The translations under genes and the position numbers were made by a program. A model generated the notes under the pieces. That model was not told where the DNA came from. It worked only from the letters and a program-made list of their open reading frames with translations, and made no database searches. Of a stretch of 64,000 nucleotides of DNA, positions 60,000 to 64,000 are shown one piece after another. Numbering within the stretch: position 1 is the first letter of the stretch; every line of letters begins with the position of its first letter. The stretch is from a virus: IMG/VR virus record IMGVR_UViG_3300011253_000949, positions 2,614-66,613 of that record. One strand, written 5' to 3'.

Positions 60000-62038
60000 T
60001 GGCTGTAGAACCAGACACGTTCATTGAAGTCGCAGCCGCTCTAGACCTAAACACGGTACGGACGGCTACAGCTCAAACATCAGCTGACACAGCTCAGGGA
60101 ACAGCATCTGATGCGCTGACCCGGGTGTATGGTGCTGAGCTTGGAGCCAAGACCTATACAGACGCTGAGATCCAGGAGATCCGAGATTATATTGATGCAG
60201 AGCTGACATCTCGTATCAACATTCTTGCAGCTGCTCTTGGGATCGACATCACAGATTTGGTCAATGGAGCTTTGCCAAGTCTCGATGCAGCCATCCTACA
60301 GGCTCTTTCAGATTTGGGAGTCATTAAGTCAGCGGCTGAGACAGACCGAACTGCAGTCGAAGATGCCATTGCAAATTGGGTCAACAACCTTATTCCGGAT
60401 CTCGAGACATTATTGGATCAAACGGTTCTGGGCCTGAATGGTGTTGAAACCACATTGGGTGAGTTGACCAATGGACTTGAGTACACCGAAATTCGAGCAG
60501 CTGTAGACGATATACGGAGCCAGGGAGAGAAGGACTTGGTTCCCCTGGGTGTGAGTACCCTTCGTGTACCGGCAACGCTGTGGGGGCTTAATGTCGATCA
60601 GGCAAATGCCAATCTGGTGAAAGCAACGCTTGGCACCTATGGCTCGTTTGTGACCAGTGATGCAGACTTTGGAGAATGCTTTCATTTTGCGGCCGGAGAT
60701 GAGCAAAACGTGGGAGCCGCCTACCCCATCGATTATGCAGATGGCAATCTGTACAAAATCACAGTGGAGTTGAAAGTACTTGATGATGGTGCACCGGCAT
60801 CAGGAGTGGAAGTCAAAGTTGGAGCAACGCTTCAGAACGGCACCTCGATACTGTCTGCAAACCAAGAACAGAAATTTGAACCACAGTATGTGAAAGTGGT
60901 CGATGGTGTTGTAAAGCATCATATTTTTGTATCGTCTGACCAAGTAAAGTTGGACGATTATGGTACGATCGCAGATGAGCAGATCCTGCTTGGTTCCTTC
61001 CCTACCGCAAACAAGATTTACTTCCACGTCAGGCAAAACGCTGGAGGAAACACCAATGGTCAGCTTGCTTTGGGAACACTTCGTGTTGTCGATGTCACCG
61101 AGATAAGCGCACATGTTGATCGACGGTACGAGCAGCTGAAAGCAGAAACAGACACAAGCATCGCTACAATCATCACAGACTACATTACGATTGCAGCATC
61201 AGAAGCAGCATTGGCATCTGCAACAACAACACTGCAGGCATCCATAGATGGACTTGATGGTGAGATTGATGCCATCAGCTCAGATCTGACTGTCAACTAC
61301 GTGACCAACTCTTCACTTGATAACTCACTGGCATCTGCCAGCACAGTACTCAATTCGAGATTTGCAGTCGTACAAGGAGCTGCAGATGCAGCACAGTCAA
61401 CTGCAAACGTTGCTACAGCAAATGCCTCATCTGCACTGACAACTGCATCTAATGCAGAAGGCTCAGTTGCTTCACTCAACACAAGTTTGAATACTAATTT
61501 TGGTGGCACAGGCGGAAGCGTTACAACGTTTGCTTCAACCATGACTGGGCTGAACAATGATGTAAAATCAGGGTTTTGGCTCAAAGCGACAGCAGGAAAC
61601 AGCAGTGCAGGACTGAACGTATACGCAAACGGATCCACCAGTGCGATTGAATTGAATGCAGACAATGTGATTGTAAATGGCACCATCATCACTGATCTCA
61701 TTGCAAGTGGACAAATCAGTGCAATGTCTGTTGCATCAGGTACGAGAGCAGGCAACACGGGCTGGGGAACTGTATGCTCTACAGGAATTACATTACCGAG
61801 TAGTGGTACAGGCGCTTATGTTATGTGGTTTGTAGATCAAGGCTACACTGGGGATGCTCAGCCTTTTGGCATTGCCATTGGAAGCTTTAACCGTGGTGCT
61901 ACATTTGGATCAGATTTTTGTAGCGGCATTGTCTATCTTGGTTCAGGCGCTGGATATCACTCAGCCACGTTGCAGTGGTATGGGGGATCCAACATGAACT
62001 GCACAGGAAACATCATTGTATTTGGAGCAAAACGATGA
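59999..62038 (+). CDS. Tail fibre / host-specificity protein
   Basis: Coiled-coil Ala/Ser/Thr-rich segments and SAIELNADNVIVNG tip-like region; position in tail module. Confidence 0.65.
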   Translation: MAVEPDTFIEVAAALDLNTVRTATAQTSADTAQGTASDALTRVYGAELGAKTYTDAEIQEIRDYIDAELTSRINILAAALGIDITDLVNGALPSLDAAILQALSDLGVIKSAAETDRTAVEDAIANWVNNLIPDLETLLDQTVLGLNGVETTLGELTNGLEYTEIRAAVDDIRSQGEKDLVPLGVSTLRVPATLWGLNVDQANANLVKATLGTYGSFVTSDADFGECFHFAAGDEQNVGAAYPIDYADGNLYKITVELKVLDDGAPASGVEVKVGATLQNGTSILSANQEQKFEPQYVKVVDGVVKHHIFVSSDQVKLDDYGTIADEQILLGSFPTANKIYFHVRQNAGGNTNGQLALGTLRVVDVTEISAHVDRRYEQLKAETDTSIATIITDYITIAASEAALASATTTLQASIDGLDGEIDAISSDLTVNYVTNSSLDNSLASASTVLNSRFAVVQGAADAAQSTANVATANASSALTTASNAEGSVASLNTSLNTNFGGTGGSVTTFASTMTGLNNDVKSGFWLKATAGNSSAGLNVYANGSTSAIELNADNVIVNGTIITDLIASGQISAMSVASGTRAGNTGWGTVCSTGITLPSSGTGAYVMWFVDQGYTGDAQPFGIAIGSFNRGATFGSDFCSGIVYLGSGAGYHSATLQWYGGSNMNCTGNIIVFGAKR

Positions 62039-62601
62039 GCGATACCCCTGAGTATGACTTTGTTGTTTTTGATACAAACACCGGAGAGATCGCCTACACC
62101 GGTACAAATCCAAACTGGCAAATACATCCTTTGGATACGGGACAAGACATCATGCAAGGTGTTGGAGATTCCCGCATACAGAAGATTGTAGACGGTGTTG
62201 TTGTTGACAAGACAGAAGCTGAAAAAGCACCTCATCTGAACTTCGAACGGAAGCGTATCATCTTTGATGAGCAAACAAACCGAACCCGTGCAGGCTTCAC
62301 ATATAATGGAAAACTGTATGACTTTGATGTGACCAGCCAAGGACGGATCGACGGTGCAGCTACACTTGCCAACTCAGCCATCATGGGTGGTGCACAAGCT
62401 GGAGATCTGAGATGGCATGGAGGCGCTTCAGATTTCATGTGGATCACTGCGGATAACTCATTTGTAGCAATGGATGCGCAGACAATGTTGAGTATGGGTC
62501 AGACAGCTGCAGAGCATGTACGTGCTCATATCTTTGCAGCCAGGACACTTAAGGATGATCCAACAATCACAGATGTGACAGCCGACATACATTGGCCGTA
62601 G
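62035..62601 (+). CDS. DUF4376-like tail assembly protein
   Basis: DVTSQGRI, WITADNSFV, HIFAARTLKD and C-terminal WP. Confidence 0.7.
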   Translation: MSDTPEYDFVVFDTNTGEIAYTGTNPNWQIHPLDTGQDIMQGVGDSRIQKIVDGVVVDKTEAEKAPHLNFERKRIIFDEQTNRTRAGFTYNGKLYDFDVTSQGRIDGAATLANSAIMGGAQAGDLRWHGGASDFMWITADNSFVAMDAQTMLSMGQTAAEHVRAHIFAARTLKDDPTITDVTADIHWP

Positions 62602-62687
62602 CCCTTCCCTTCTAAGAAAAGCTTTCGCTGGTATCTGAAAACATGTTACACCACACCAAACCACACCATTAAGGATTGGACAGTAAA

Positions 62688-63059
62688 ATGACCAAGCGTC
62701 CAGTTTTACAAAGAAAACGTGGAGCTACACTGACAATCGTGTGGCAGATCGATGAAGACACGGACTCGATGATTGATGTAAACACACCCATTCGGTCTGT
62801 ACTGAAGAAGATTTCCACAGAGCAATCTCGTATCCCAAACAATGATTCAGCAGAAGATGCTGTGATGGATGTGACCTACGTACCTCCGGTTGGAGAAGCC
62901 AAAGGATACATCCATTGCGAACTGACTCCCGCACAATCTGAAGCCCTCTGTGAGGGCTTTTATGTAACTGATGTTTGGATGGACTTGGCAGGTATCACTC
63001 CAGTGGTTCCAGCAGCCACAGTTCAAATCATGAACACTGTCACAGGAGATGGTGCATGA
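62688..63059 (+). CDS. Hypothetical beta-rich tail-associated protein
   Basis: KRGAT...LTPAQSEAL..G.Y..DV pattern. Confidence 0.55.
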   Translation: MTKRPVLQRKRGATLTIVWQIDEDTDSMIDVNTPIRSVLKKISTEQSRIPNNDSAEDAVMDVTYVPPVGEAKGYIHCELTPAQSEALCEGFYVTDVWMDLAGITPVVPAATVQIMNTVTGDGA

Positions 63060-64000
63060 CCGTCAAACTCACCCTCATCGAAGACTCTGTAATCTTGGGT
63101 CTTGTGGAAGACATCAACGAGCCCTCTCCTGTTACAATCTTGGTAGGACCAAGAGGAGCAGTAGGACCAAGTTCATATGATGGTTGGATTGCGCTTGGCA
63201 ATGTAGGTACAGAACTTGAGTATCAAGATTGGCTCTCAGATGGAGCTATCACAAAAACAACAGACAATGTCACAGCAGCTCAACTGGCAGAAACCAACGC
63301 AGCGGCCTCTGAGATTGCTGCCGCTGGATCTGAAACAGCCTCTGCCCTTTCTGAGACAAACTCAGCTGCCAGTGAGTTGAGTGCCTCGACAGATGCGGCT
63401 ACAGCCACGACCCAAGCAGGTATTGCCACCACGCAAGCCACAGCTTCCGCCACTTCTGCAACGGCAGCACAGACGGCTCAAACAGCGGCTGAACTGGCTG
63501 AGACCGGAGCGGAAACTGCACTCGCTTCAAGCCTTGTTGCACAAACAGCAGCAGAACTTGCTGAAACCAATGTCGCTGCATCGGAAGCTGGTGTCGCTGC
63601 TGATGCAGCTACGGCTACCACAAAGGCTGCGGAATCTGCATCCAGTGCTACTGCTGCTTTGGCAAGTCAATTATCTGCTACTGCTTCTCAAACAGCTGCA
63701 GCTACATCCAAAACAGCTGCTGAGTTGGCTGAGACAAATGCCGAAGCAGCTGAAGCCGGAGCCTTGACCAGCGCCACAAATGCCAGCGCCAGTGAAGTTG
63801 CATCTGCCTCATCTGCAACTGGCGCAGCAACAAGTGCCACAGCTTCTGCTGGATCTGCTACTGCGGCTTCCACATCAGAATCTAATGCTGCTACCAGTGC
63901 ATCAACAGCAACCACCAAAGCTTCAGAAGCCAGCACCTCTGCAGGACTGGCTGCCACCGCAAAGACGGCTGCTGAAACCGCCCAGGCTGCTGCGGAATTG
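63056..64000 (+). CDS. Ala/Ser/Thr-rich side tail fibre-like protein, 3' truncated
   Basis: ATG 63056 (ATGA overlap): MTVKLTL...GPRGAVGPSSYDGW...GNVGTE, then AASETNAA-type repeats to the window end. Confidence 0.75.
   Translation, partial: MTVKLTLIEDSVILGLVEDINEPSPVTILVGPRGAVGPSSYDGWIALGNVGTELEYQDWLSDGAITKTTDNVTAAQLAETNAAASEIAAAGSETASALSETNSAASELSASTDAATATTQAGIATTQATASATSATAAQTAQTAAELAETGAETALASSLVAQTAAELAETNVAASEAGVAADAATATTKAAESASSATAALASQLSATASQTAAATSKTAAELAETNAEAAEAGALTSATNASASEVASASSATGAATSATASAGSATAASTSESNAATSASTATTKASEASTSAGLAATAKTAAETAQAAAEL

Noticed and set aside
63280-64000. Repetitive GCT/GCA-rich DNA as a repeat element
   Set aside because: Coding low-complexity Ala/Ser/Thr repeats of a tail fibre
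1-64000. tRNA genes, integrase, protelomerase, lysis genes
   Set aside because: None recognisable by eye in this window; they may lie in the unseen part of the genome, and a tRNAscan run would be needed to exclude tRNAs

Overview
About 64 kb of an N4-like podovirus (Schitoviridae) genome, probably infecting an alphaproteobacterium (inferred from the Rep/Par module type and alpha-type LexA-like boxes). The + strand carries late genes: portal, capsid, gp55-gp51, a 3606-aa virion RNA polymerase, terminase and tail genes. The - strand from about 55.9 kb to 22.3 kb carries early and middle genes, with three vRNAP hairpin promoters, gp2, a two-subunit RNAP II, dCTP deaminase, ThyX, helicase, DNA polymerase, primase, SSB and a resolvase. 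The sequence runs through the expected N4 genome-end region (about 55.9-56.5 kb), so it is circular or permuted. Standout observations: (1) the DNA polymerase gene is split by a free-standing NUMOD4-HNH gene, and its second part has motif B interrupted by a 47-nt hairpin insert between matched ACT codons, resembling a new T4 gene-60-type ribosomal bypass cassette; (2) a plasmid-type Rep + iterons + ParA/RHH module suggests an N4-like phage-plasmid; (3) two group I introns interrupt RNAP II subunit 2, and ThyX carries an HNH intein; (4) there are candidate anti-defence genes (Acb2/Tad1-like and RyR-domain). All family calls are by motif recognition from memory; no database searches were run.
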